A stretch of 64,000 nucleotides of DNA from Marsupella aquatica. Lineage: Eukaryota; Plantae; Marchantiophyta. The translations under genes were made by a program, and so were the position numbers. Below are positions 13,330-26,181 of this stretch, piece after piece. The DNA is taken from NCBI GenBank assembly GCA_973895155.1, contig OZ316893.1:8743839-8807838 (forward strand), given 5' to 3'. Under the pieces are notes generated by a model that saw only the letters and a program-made list of their open reading frames with translations, had not been told where the DNA came from and did no database searches. Each line of letters starts with the position of its first letter. Positions within the stretch are counted from its first letter, which is position 1.

Positions 13330-13830
13330 AGATCTGTGAATCTCTTTCTGTATTGGTTCTTAGAGTTTGTTGGTCTTGAGGGGAAAGGGAAGGAAAGGAA
13401 TCAAGCTTTCAGCTCAAAGTGCAATACATGCAACTTAGGTTTGCGGAAAGGAAAGACATTTATTTGAGTCTTACAATTATTTTGGATACTTGGGTCAAAC
13501 TTAATATTCAATGGCGCTTTTGAGGTCCCTCATTTTGGGAATTTAGCTAGAGAGAAATGGGATCGAAGTATATGAGTTTGCATTACCTATTGTTAATCCC
13601 ATAAAAGTTAAATACAAGATTGGATACTTAGATACTTCACTTACTGGTTCTTGTCTAAAGAAGTTTTCAGATTAAGTTAGCCAGTAGTGTTTGGAGAATG
13701 TGGTTGACGGTAGCTTTTATGTGGTAAGATATTCTAAAATTGTGTTGTGAATCCAAAATTGGATATGGCATATTTGCTTTTGGGAAGCCGATTTTGGGAG
13801 AAAGCAACTGATTGGTCCATTTTGCATTTT
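13330..13830 (+). mobile_element. Highly decayed L1-type 3' region with RNase H-like remnant
   Basis: Fragments KERNQAF and a frameshifted WVKLN-F-NGA resemble the L1 WKERN and RNase H W-K-N-DG motifs. Confidence 0.3.
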
Positions 13831-14416
13831 TGTGTTCAACTGAACTTCTCTCCTATAGACGCTACAGGTGAAATTTAAGTTTCCTCGACTTTGGAGATAT
13901 TCACTTCTAGAATGGTTGAGTGTTTGGCAACGGCAACTTTAATTTAAGGACCTTCAACTTTTTTCTGTTTGAACTCATTCAATGTTGGATCGGATTTAGG
14001 ATTCTTTTGAGGATAAGTATAAGTTTTAAGAAAAATTTTAAGTGACCATTTTTGCAAAAATCCAAACCATACTTCTGGTTTTCCATTTGAGCTCATTCAA
14101 TTTTAAATTCAACTAGCTTCGACTACCCATTCTTTGAACGTGAATAACAGAGAGTACAATAAAAGTGTCACTCACCAAAGTAGATTTCCTATTCACAGTT
14201 TTTACATGTTAATGAAATAATAAAAATTAATCATGCATGTCATCATTTTAATAATCATACATAGCATACCATTCTACTCTCTATATACATTCCTCTTTAT
14301 ATGCACATATGTTACAGTTATGGTGGGCCCATAGAGTATATTTTTTGAATGTAAATAGAAGTCATAACAAAAAGCATGCATGATAATTATCATTTGACAT
14401 ACATCATAGTCATAAA

Positions 14417-15029
14417 TTTTCCCATTCATATGGTGGGCCATGGAGTTACTTTCTAGAGGCTTCACTCTACAAACTTAGCGTCCAACTCTAGGTTGTAGTT
14501 GCCGGTTTATAAATAAGATGTTGATTGCATTTATGATTCTTTTGAGGATAATTATGCGTAGAAACATTTAAGTCAAAAATTTTGCAAATTCCAAACCACA
14601 CTTCTGGTGGCTGGTGTTTTCCCATTCACATGGTGGGCCATGGAGTTAGTTTTCTAGAGGCTTCACTCTAGACACTTAGCCTCCAACTCTAGGTTGTAGT
14701 TCACGTTTTATAAGTAAGATGTTGGATTGGATTTATGATTCTTTTGAGGATAATTATGCGTTTTGAGAAAAAATATAAGTCAAAATTTTTGCAAAATCCA
14801 AACCACACTTCTGGTGGCTGGTGTTTTCCCATTCGCATGGTGAGCCATGGAGTTAGTTTTCTGGAGGCTTCACTCTAGAAACTTAGCCTCCAACTCTAGG
14901 TTGTAGTTGACCCTTTATAAGTAAGATGTTGGATTGGATTTAGGATTCTTTTGAGGATAATTATGCGTTTTGAGAAAAATTTTAAGTCAAAATTTTTGCA
15001 AAATCCAAACCACACTTCTGGTGGCTGGC
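14417..15029. repeat. Tandem repeat, ~200-207 bp unit x3, with a partial copy at ~13980-14085
   Basis: Units start TTTTCCCATTC at 14417, 14617 and 14824 and end CCAAACCACACTTCTGGTGGCTGG. Confidence 0.9.
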
Positions 15030-15504
15030 GACACTTCTCATTTGCTCGGACATCATTGTGCTTTTAGCTTGTGTATGTTTTCAGATAGCACATGCAATAG
15101 TGACAACACTCTAAGTATTCATATTTAAAATTTTAAATGAACATCTTGATGCTAGAAGAGGTATTGAATAAGAATATTCTATATACTTATGTTTGCTAGA
15201 GAAGGTATGGAATAAAGAATATTCTATATAGTTATGATTTAATAGGTTATTTTAACTCAGGTTTAAATCATCTAGTTGTGGTTGAGAGGCGTGGTCACTT
15301 GGCGACTCTTTAGGATTAGATAGATTACAATTTTCATGAAGATGATCGTGCAGTGATGGATTTATGAGTGTAGATGCCTTGCTGGTTTTCACGCATGGGT
15401 GCCTTGGACTTGACTTTCCGCGCTGTCTCTTTTTCTTCAAGTAGATTGTAGGTGATTAAACAAGGACTCTTGATATTACCAAATACAACCACTACAGAAA
15501 AAAG

Positions 15505-15622
15505 TTGAGCTACAACTCTTCCCACAAGGCCACCCATTCTAAGGCACCCGGAATAGTTGAGAAATTTGAGCTACAACTCTTCCCACAAGGCCACCCATTC
15601 TAAGGCACCCGGAATAGTTGAG
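15505..15622. repeat. ~61-bp tandem duplication
   Basis: TTGAGCTACAACTCTT(T)CCCACAAGGCCACCCATTCTAAGGCACCCGGAATAGTTGAGA x2. Confidence 0.9.
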
Positions 15623-17117
15623 ATTGTAGTTGAGTGATGGAACTCAGTAACTGTGCATGAGCAAGCAGGCAGGCAGACAATTAAGAGCACGGAGACAAGT
15701 AGGCAGACACGCAAGTAGGCAAGAATTCCAATGAGACCATTTCCAGAAACGCATTACTGTTACACGGAAAATAACTCCACTTCTTCAATGCCATTGCATT
15801 GATTGACGTAAGTGTTAAGAAACACAGTCTATGTGAAAGACTCCAAATAGAAAATAGAACACGCGAGTGATCAAGTCCCTTTGTTGAGTGTTATTCCAAC
15901 GGGAAAGCCGATAATAGATACATCTTAATTGCGAGCCCCAACAGGGAGCTCAACTTCGTCACCTTGGCTTAATTTTAGCCCAAGTATTCCAAGCAGATAT
16001 TTGGAATCCTAATAAAATGCTTCAGGTGGTTTCACTAAGAAACAGTTACCGGGAACTCGTTTTCCTATTGGCCTTGTAGTTTGATTGGCATAACCAACAT
16101 ACCAGTTGGGCCCTCTGCCCGTTCGTTTGATCATGATAGAATTAAGATCACCCCAAACCTTCAGATTTGGGCCTGGGAGAATCAAATTTGCCAAGACATC
16201 TGAAAAATGAGCATTGCATCTGTTGACCTTGGCATCGAAAATGGACAAATTGTAGACGGTCATGTGAATCTACCAAAACTGTTAGCCCCAGCTTGCTACC
16301 ACACAGAACCTCGCTCCTCCAAGCCAGTCTCCAAACTGGGCCAGGACTTCCCCAACCCTACCCAAGTCCTCAACCAATCTCAAGCCCCAAACTCCTAATC
16401 CTTCATCTTTATCCAAGCCACCCCGTCATCTTCTTTTCCTCGAATCAGCTGTCGCAATTATATGAGGTATCAAGAGTAGACAATTAGATTGCTCTTGAAG
16501 GACGTCGCAACATGAGGGGCATATTCCATCAAAACGATAACAATGACTTACAAGCTTCTCCGAGAATGCCACCTGTGGTCAGAGAACTCAATCTCCCGTT
16601 ACAACTGGGCCAAGTAATGAACCTGTACTGGGTCGCTTTCATTGCATTTCAGACCCATCATGGCTGCAGTCGACATAAGAGCGCTATGATCATGACCGCT
16701 AAAGAGAAAGTGACCCCTCCATCCTTTTGAAGGTCCTCGAAATGACATCTCTTGCCGGATCAGAGCCCTCTCTTGTCAAAGCTAACAGCAATAACTTCTA
16801 GGGACAAGCCCAGTCTCTACTACATCTGTGGGTTTCAAGTTTGAAAATCACTTTATGACCATTGTGCAAACTTCACTGAAAAAAAATGATGGGTAAAACA
16901 AGTGATGAATGACCTGAATCGAAGTAATATACATGCCCCTGATTGACAAATCACTATCTAGGTGACAGCAAGAAAATCACCATGTGAGCCTAAATCAGGC
17001 TTGGAGATTCCAAACAACCAAATATGGCGTGCCTTCTTGCCTGTTCAATCAGTTTTCCATAGAATTGGCGCCGCCCCGCCCCGGCCCTCGCCCCCCCCCC
17101 CCCCCTTCTCAGAATAG

Positions 17118-20100
17118 CTAACCAATGTATCCGAGACGGTGCAGAATGAGGGCAAGGATGAGCATCACAAGAGCAAGAATCAACCCAGGTCTTCCTAGCA
17201 ACCAGTTTTTGGCCTGCCGTGCTTGCTGAGCCACTCTCTGAGCACGGTCGGCCCATTTCATCTGTGATAAAGTCCACAAACAGCCGAAGTTCAGATATAC
17301 TGATGAATTGAAGTTCTTTCAAAGTGCTGCAAAGACTAATCGAACTGCTGATTGAGACTATGACCACATCAAATCGGTCGAGTAAGCTTAAATTTCCTAA
17401 GAATCCATCCCCAATCACTTCCCAATCACCAGGTGGGCTTTAAGTACAAAAACTGACAACCATGAACTGGTTCTATTACAAATGACAAGTAAGATGATCT
17501 CCATTTTCAAAGTAATTTGGCAGTAGGCATCGACTATCGAGTTAGGACATTACGATTCGATCAAGATCATCAGGACTTAGATTGGCCATCGCTTGCTGTG
17601 CTTTTGCTGCCTCTTCAGGTGATAATTTCATGCCAAGTTGCTCACTCATACTTGCCATTGCCTCGGGAGTCATGTTCTTCATCATTGATGCCATCACCTG
17701 TTTAGCAAAGACCGGGAAGGAAGATTGTGATACACAATTCAAAAACAGAGTAACTATCGCTAAAGAATCAAGTTACACGTAACACCCATAGAGATGCAGA
17801 CAACTGGCTAGCATGACACTCAACAAACCGTGAGGGTTCTAGGGGGTCACTCCAAGCTGTATTTTATGCTAAAAAGGGGAAATATGCGAATTGACTTGCA
17901 CACTGTCAACATTGCATGCTTGATGTCATGCTCGTAGTTATTTGGATACAAGAAATATGTCCACCGGTTCCTCACAGCCTTGACAAAGTGGTGATTGGAA
18001 TCTATTGTGAACAACAAACCCATAATCATCTCCCTAAACATGTGAATTCAGAGATGTCTCTAGTGACTAAAAAACAAAGTCAAGTAAAAACATCACCTGC
18101 TTCATGGCTGGATCCTTCATTTGCTTCCGCACTTGCTCTTGCATATCTGGACTAAAATCAGCCATGCTAGGCATACCTTCCCCAGAATTTAGGCCGACAC
18201 GTTGACTCAAGTTTTGAGTGCTTGATGGTGTCTCCAATGTTGATCTAGGAACTGATCCATTTGAGTTATTTGTCTCGTTTGATCGTCCTGATTGTCCTCC
18301 AGAGGATGGTTGCGTTTGAGGAAATGCTCCACCTGGAGCCTGGAACTGACTCGCCATGCCCATCATCTTTTCTAAGTCCTCTGGCCCCATGTTTTTAACC
18401 ATGTCTGCTGCCAGTTTAGCCATGTCAGGAGTCATTCCGCCTCCGCTCATGGCAGCCAGGTGTTCAGGGTTCATTGTTGACATCATTGTATGCATACCCC
18501 TGCATCATATCAATGGCATATTCCCCAGATCAGGCACAGTTCAAAGCTGCACAGAACTCAAGTGGGTAACACAAATTGCTCTCTAGTCTGTTCAGAGTAT
18601 ACTTCCAGAGCTAGTGGATAACTCACAGTTCTGGGCAACAAGGAGGTGACAATTTAATCAGCTCACCCTCATACCCATAAATACCTGATTATCTCCGGAT
18701 TTTGAGTAAGTGAACTTAAGCTCTCTCCCATTGGGTTGCCATTTCTCAATGCTGACCATGCACCACTGGTAGATGATTGGTCCCCATTTTCAGTCACCAC
18801 ACTGCCGTTTGAGGATGAGTCCACAGCATTAACCCGTGTTGTTGATGAAAATCTTTCTGCTTCTTCATCAGTTATCTCCTCGATGATTGGACCTGGATGT
18901 GAACGGTCAGTAATAGGTGACTACTAGTCTGGGGAACAAGGTTCTGTATCACTGGTATCATAAGCTTAAGTGTCATGACATCTCATAAATGCGAGGAGCC
19001 ACCATTATCAGCTACACTGTTAGAGTCGGTCATCTCAACAAGATAAGCTTGGCAAACAATCCAGAAATTGAATGAAAAAGTAGGATGCAGGAGCTCAACC
19101 ATTACTGATTAATTCTTCTTGGTCTCCCTGTTGTTCCAGCTCTTCCCTCGCTTGTCTGTAATCAACAAATCAGGTGCACAGAAACCCTTTAATCATGAAG
19201 TAATCAAAAGGATTTGACGTCGGGGCCGGCTCCAGGCCACAAGACACCAAAATACCTTTGCAATTTGAGAATAACAAGAACGAGAATGCATGATGTGCCC
19301 CAAATCCTTCATCTGTGACCAATGACTCATTCCGCACTCATACATCTAAGTGTATATGTAATACCAATCGCTGTTTCTTCCTGAGTTCACCAATGGCTCC
19401 CAACAAACTCATCTTTCTCGTGACCTCGCTATTTCAGAATTAGTTGTTTAATGATCCCAGGACAAAACAGTACCTCAATGTTTCTGCGATAGTCACATCC
19501 TCAGGAGAAAGCTCAGCAGCCTTCTCCAAATCTGAGACAGCCAACTGCATTGCATACAGTGAGGAATGATTTTAGGTCATGGAGAAAGCACCGCAAACGT
19601 ATTGAGAAGGACTAGCGAATCCCATCGTGAGTCCCCGGCTTACAAGGAGAGGAGTTTTCTATTCAACTCCTTCAAAGAAAGACGCATCATCCCATAAAGC
19701 TGTAGAGTACCAAGGGTGCCAGTCCAAACTTTCTTTAATATCAAGTGTCCAAACGGAAAATATAGCAAGAAATACGATAATAATCTTTGATAATCTCGGT
19801 TCCAGGAATCCTTACCGCGAATTTTTTCAGTTCTTTGTAAGCTTGTCCTCGGCGATAAAATGCTTTGACGTTCTGCATATTTCCTTTCAGCACCTGGTCA
19901 ACATGCAACTCATTGAAATTTTAGAGAAAATGGTGCTCGAAGTTACATCACAGCCACGAGGGGAACAAAACAAGCTGGGCTTCCCAGCAGTAGTTGCAAG
20001 TGGACACAAGCAAAAAGAGACGAGCCCGGAGCATTGCACTGTATGAATAAAATCTGAGGCGAACAGGATTGTTACAGAACTATCTGGAGATACCTCAGTT

Positions 20101-22372
20101 CCTTCAGTAATCACATGGTCGTACTGCTTGGTCTTCAGGTAACATGACATGAGATTGAGAGAGCAGGTCAGCTGCAGACTCTTTGCTTCTGGCGTTATGT
20201 TCTCCAAAAGATTGGTCTTTGCCTGAGATAGAAATGGAGCACACTTTATCAAAACGAAATCCTCAAAAATTAAAGACGCAGTAATCACAAACTACTCAAG
20301 ATACCCTCTTCGCATCAGATACCATGTGATCTACCCCATTTTCAAGATGTTATTGACCCGTGCCTGATCCCACTCTCTTAAGGCCCCATTACAAGTCAAT
20401 TGACTAAACACGTCAATCTACAAACGAATCTGAACTTCAAGAATGCAACATTCACTTCAATCCTTCAGAAAGTAATCGGAAGGTCTGCCAATCGTTCCCA
20501 GATACGTAAGTATAAGCTCCTTGCGTCTCAAAAATATATGGAAATCAGGCATCAATTAACTCCGATGATATTCAGGACGTCTCGCTAAAACTCACCCGAA
20601 CATACTTCTCAGCTGCTTCCGAATACTTGCCGATTCCATGAAGTTGATTACCCTGTCAGACGTTAAACAAAGTGTCATACAGAAACAATCTTTGCAGAGA
20701 AGAGTTTACTGAGCACCCGTATGAAAGAATATGGGACCATAAGGTTCGCCCCGTAAATTTCAGTACATTGGTAACTTGAGGAAGACGGTGCAGATAAAAC
20801 CGCTCTAGAAGATGACCGAACCAAAACTTACTTGAGTTTTCAAATTAAGAGCTCCTTGATATGAATAAGAGCGTTGAGCCTCAGTTTGAGCTCTCATCGA
20901 CGCGATCTCCTCAGGAGATGCATTTGCCATACGGGAGCTCATATCAGCAATTTGTTCGGGAGGAATGTTCTTCATTTGTTCAGCTGCCATGCGGAGATCC
21001 TCTGGTCGTATATTTTTCATTCCTTCTGATGCCATGCGCAGCAAGTCTGGGTTACTCATCATCTGAAAAATCCAACCATTCAAGCTCATCAGCATGGTGC
21101 ACAGACAACGCCAGACTGTACGGCGGTTTGTATGAATTGCACGTGTACACGTCACAACATGGGATTCCAAAATAAATTCCGTAGAATCTAGAATGGACAG
21201 GAACCTTTGGCTTTTTGGAGAACCTTCATGACTAACATTTTAGAAGATTAAATTTCGAACTTCGACGATTCATTTTGACGTGGAATCGTGCCATCTTTTA
21301 AACAAAGATCATGTCATCTCTTAAAGGAACATGCGTGAACACCCGGAGACAAAAAGTTTGCGGGTTAGCACTTTCGTATTCCTAGCTTTCTTCTTGGGTT
21401 CGAACTGCAGCCTAAATGTACCATCTAGGATCAAGAATATGTCTGCTTCAATCCGCAAGGTGCGTAGGTCCATTGCAGCAACTGAACAGACATTAATTAC
21501 AACTCTTCTCTTCATCACGCGAAAGGACACAGGACCATATGCTTGTAACGCTGAAATTTATATGGCCTTAAAATAAAAGAATAAGCAGCCTCAACATACC
21601 GACGATTCCATGTGCACCTCAGCAATCATGGCAATTACCCTTATTCACCGAAACGATGGAAAAGATGGGAGTCTCGATCCCCTGACGACCTAAGGAATTA
21701 GGTCAACAAGCTGAAGCAAAGGTTATCGGTGATCTCACGTTCCCCTTAGGGTAACTTATCAAATATTGATACAATCCTTACAATCGATCCTTACGGACGA
21801 CACGATAGAGAAGGGCCGCACTCCAGTCGATTTGAAAACATCAGATATATTCCTCATCGTCCTAGACATGGCCCTTCTATTTCACAGTAAATTACCATCC
21901 ACGGCAGCTCATGTCCTTGCCGACTCAGCTTTGAAGCTTAATCTTCGGTCCAAGTACACTACACATCCAATTCTTAAGACATTGCTGCCAGTTCCACGAA
22001 AACTTCCTGCTTGCAACCCCTACAAAGCCATGCTCTGCGTTGATTGTTGTCTCTCTTTTCTAAAGGATTTGAACTGCTCCAGACGGTGTCAGCGCAAAAA
22101 TTCTGAGCCAATTTGTCAGAAGACTCCCGGGGGGTAGGGGCAAGGAAGGCGAGGGGATGGAGGGATTTCTGAAACTAATGCAACGAATGACATGAGGAGC
22201 GTCAGAAACTGATCAGAACAGGCTAAGAGAATGACATTATTTACATGCACTTTATGTAGTGAGGGAAAAGTCACACCTGCTGCTGCATTTTCTGCAGATC
22301 TTCGGGTCGCATCCGGCTGATTTGCTCTTGAGCTAACCTCATCGTCTCTGGATCCATCATGCCCCCGAACAT
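17118..22372 (-). CDS. OEP61: Outer envelope protein 61 / TPR7 (TPR chaperone receptor, tail-anchored), 11 exons
   Basis: Starts [21 protein letters not shown]...[26 protein letters not shown] exons include [39 protein letters not shown] and [18 protein letters not shown]1-like QMKDPAMKQ. The last exon (17118-17261), MKWADRAQ...[30 protein letters not shown], carries the C-terminal TM anchor. All introns are GT-AG. Confidence 0.95.
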
Positions 22373-23194
22373 TGTGTCGCCCTCGTCTGTCTCTTTCTTC
22401 CTCTAGCAATCTCTCTCGTTCCCGCCTGGAATCAAGTCAAGGACTTCGCTTCTTCAACGAACTGAAAAATCAACCCTCTCTGCTCGGCCCAGCGGGAACG
22501 TAAAGGCCAGGGGCACCTTCTTCTCCTTCTCCCTGGCGATCACCTCCAAAATTCCATGCTACACACCACAACAGGGCACGCAAATCCGAATTCCCCAACC
22601 CCGCGGTCTCGTCTTCACACCACTCCACTTCACCGACAAGCCGACAAACAGATAAATCAAAGCACTGAAACCAAAGCACAAGAAACAAATTGGCCAACGA
22701 AATTGCGTTTCCACAGGTTGACCAAGTCCACTCCGAGAGCTTGACAAAACGCTCTGTCTCAGTCCCGTCCTCTAGGAGCTGCTGCCACTGTTGCCGCCGC
22801 TGCTGAAGCTGCTTCCGGGATCGAAATGGCTGCCAACATCAAAATTCCCAGCGGACTAGTATCGACTCAAACAGCAGGAGCAAGAGAGGGACTCAAACGC
22901 CCGTCACTAGGAATTTACACCCGTTTTCTGTCACCACCTCCACGAAAGCCGAAGGCGGGCGAGGAATGAGGCGATCTCTCTACAGATCTACAGTGAGTTC
23001 GCTGCTCATCAAAATTGAGCGCACTTTCTACGCATCCAAATTCCAGCCGACTGTTTGAGCGAACTAGGCAACAGCGTCAGTGGAGCAGAATGACGAGGGT
23101 TTTACATCAATTCATCCCCTAAAAAGGAGAAGAAGACGAACTCCACCACGAGAGACGGAACGATGACATCTACGGGACAGTCTGGTCTGTTATA

Positions 23195-23888
23195 CGGCCC
23201 TACCGTCGGACCTAGTTAACTAACCATAGTCATTAGTCTGACCAAGGTTAGAGAGTTTGTGCCGGTGTCCAAGGTTAGAGAGTTTGTACTGGTGACCAAG
23301 GTTAGAGAGCTCGTACCGGTCACGACATTCAAAGTGCGTTATTGGCAAGACCTCGTAAAATAACCAGAGTCATTAGTCTGACCACGTACCGGTCACGATA
23401 TTCACAGGTGTGTTTATTGGCAAGACCTCGTAAACTAACCAGAGTCATATTAGTCTGACCAAGGTTTGAGGGTTTGTACCGGTCATGATATTCACAGTGC
23501 GTTATTGGCAAGACCTTGTAAACTAACCAGAGTCATTAGTCTGTCCAGGGTTAGATTATTTGCACCGGTCACAATAAGTTGTACGGCCCTACCGTCAGAC
23601 CTCATAAACCAACCAGAGTCATTAGTCTGACCAAGGTTAGAGCATTGGCACCAGTCAACCATAAGTTGTACGGCCCTACTGTCTGTCAGACCTCGTAAAC
23701 TAACCAGAGTCATTAGTCTGGCCAAGGTTTGAGCATAGGCACCAGTCAACCATAAGTCCCTACTGTCAGACCTTGTAAACTAGCCAGAGTCATTAGTCTG
23801 ACCAAGGTTAGATAATTTGCACAGGTCACAATAAGTTGTACTGCCCTACTGACTGTCAGACCTCATAAACTAACCAGAGTGATTAGTA
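23195..23888. repeat. Degenerate tandem (satellite-like) array, unit ~65-90 bp, about 8 copies
   Basis: Recurring core GACCTCGTAAACTAACCAGAGTCATTAGTCTGACCAAGGTTAG with two alternative spacer types. Confidence 0.9.
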
Positions 23889-24034
23889 TATATATCTAAT
23901 TGCAATTGAAGAGGAATATAGAACGCCAGCCCCCTTTGCATGGTATTGGCCAAGGGGTCAATAATGCTATACCCCTTCTTTGTCATGAAATGTTGCCAAG
24001 CAGATGGTACACTAAATGTAAGAAAACAAGAATA

Positions 24035-24225
24035 TGTTGATCAAGTAAATAACCTCTACTCAAAGTCAACATGACCATGTGTAACATCCAAAGAACTTAC
24101 GGGGAGTCAACATAGGAGATATGTGGTTCATCTCTTTAGAGGCTACGTCCACGGGACAAGAGAACTTTATTGAATTTTAAACTCATCAACCATACTGAGT
24201 TCCCACAGACTATGCTTCCTATCCC
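24035..24225 (-). mobile_element. Decayed LTR fragment of the same family as 36183-36525
   Basis: GAGATATGTGGTTCATC..GAGGCTACGTCCACGGGA.CAAGAGAACTTTA is the reverse complement of the motif block at 36398-36457. Confidence 0.6.
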
Positions 24226-24479
24226 TCAATAAATTGGCTCAAAACAAGAATACATCCCCAACAGGATATGGTTGAAGAATCACAATAAACAAGATCAAAT
24301 TAGAGAAGCAAATGTGAATGAACAAGAGTTTCATTGCTTTGGAAGAAAGCCCCAAAAGGTAATAATTATGGTGGAACCTGAAAATAAACCAAATACAACT
24401 ATTAATGAGTTTCACTTTTGTACTAGGAAAGAGAGACCAAACAATTGACATATTTTGGATCCTGTAGTCTAAACCTGAG

Positions 24480-24712
24480 TGGTTGAAGACCACCTCTGTT
24501 GTTAACTCACCCTAAAATCAAGTTATATTGTTAACTCACCCTGAATTCAAGTGAAATATTCCATATGTGAGTGGTTATAGGTGAGTTACAATGTTAGCTA
24601 ACCCTGTGTTTAGGGTGAAAATATTCTCAACACGAGTGGTTATTAAAGGTGAGTTCTAATGTTAACACACCCTAAATTGAAGTGAAAATAATGGTCAACT
24701 CACCACCACTTT
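24480..24712. repeat. Cluster of direct and inverted AACTCACC/GGTGAGTT repeats
   Basis: AACTCACC occurs near 24504, 24533 and 24697, and GGTGAGTT near 24580 and 24648. Possibly a MITE relic. Confidence 0.4.
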
Positions 24713-24867
24713 ACAGAATACTCGATTGTCTTATCGATTGGTTATGATGACATGCAAGAAGCACATGACTGTGTGTCCTGCCACCTTGGTCATTGGGGGA
24801 CATATGTTTCTACCATTGCTCCATTCGTGAAACTTTAACGAGTCAATTCCTCGAAAGTGCATGTGAA

Positions 24868-26181
24868 ATGGAAGGGGAACCCCACGGAGACGAGGTTCGC
24901 AGAGATGGAAAATCGCCCAGCTGGCCAGGTTTGTGAAAATCTCCATCCTTAAAGAAGTAACCCAGAATTGTCTGCAACTTGGTCTGCATATTCTCGAGGG
25001 TTTGAGCACGTTGGGATCTCTAATAATTTCCTTGTTGTGAAGTTCTGAATCCTGCTTCCCAACTGGCGCTGTGATCATGCCCTGCATGTCTAGCTTGGGG
25101 GGATCTGGTGCAAGCGAGGACTTCGTTTGGCTGGTCCTGTCTGTAGTCAACATGTTGGAGTCTTGCAGCTGTATTACATATGCTGAAGAAGGGCCACAGA
25201 ATCGGAGGGGACGAGATTTTTAACAACAGATTCGGTTTTTACATTGTTGCAGGTTTTGCCATTGTTGTCATGGGTGTCTCGGGTTCTGGAAAATCGTGAG
25301 TACTTTTCATCTTGCCAAAGTAGTTGTTGACGCCCGAGTTTACTTTGTTGAGCGGCTTTCTATGTTGGACTTGTAGCATTTGCGTTGCTTTGTGGAGATT
25401 ATATTCAATTCTTGCAGAATCGAACCTCAAGGGCTGTCATAAGGGGATTGGCACACATTTCCACTAACTTCGAAGATGGTGGGTGTGCTGCACAGGACCG
25501 TGGGGGAGCTGCTCTCCAAGACAGTGCCTTGCCCGTTCATTGATGCAGATGACTTTCACACAGAAGAGAACAAAGGTGGGCTCCTACCCAACCAGAAAAT
25601 TGTTTCTTCGCGTTGAACTCATGGACAAGTCTTGGACATTATCAATATGGTAATCATCATCACGACACCCACCCTTCATGTTTTTCGCTTTGCCAGAGAA
25701 AATGAGAAACGGTATTGCTCTGACGGAAGAGGATCGGCTACCTTGGCTAGAAGACCTGCGCAATGAGCTGGGCAAGTACACCGGCAAAGGAGAGTCAGTA
25801 GTGCTAGCTTGCTCAGCTCTCCGACCTCAATACAGAGACATTCTTCTCACTGCTGATTATCCCAATCACGTTCAAGATAGGCAGCAAACTGTCATAAAGG
25901 AAATTCCAGAAGGGAATGTGCACTCAGAGATCAGTAGGTCCACCTGGCGCACAGGGAAGGTTGTGTTTGCATATCTTAAGGGTTCTGCAGAGCTTTTTGC
26001 TTCCAGGCTTGCGGCCCGACACAAGGAAGGCACACATTTCATGCCCCCGTGTTTGTTGCAATCTCAGTTGGACATTCTAGAGATCACAAAAGGGGATCAT
26101 GATATTATAACTTTGGATGCAAGCTTGAGCCCCAAGGAAATTGTAGACTCCCTAAGTAAGAAATTGCTTGAGTTTAACTGA
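24868..26181 (+). CDS. GNTK: Gluconokinase (thermoresistant glucokinase family), 4 exons
   Basis: Exons 24868-24928, 25253-25295, 25496-25575 and 25697-26181. Motifs: Walker A GVSGSGKST, FIDADDFH, KMRNGIALTEEDRLPWL, VVLACSALRPQYRDIL and HFMPPCLLQSQLDILE. The first exon is the least certain. Confidence 0.93.

Noticed and set aside
16009-16920. Short ORFs and splice-like sites downstream of the OEP61 stop
   Set aside because: No recognisable protein. At most these are 3'UTR sequence.
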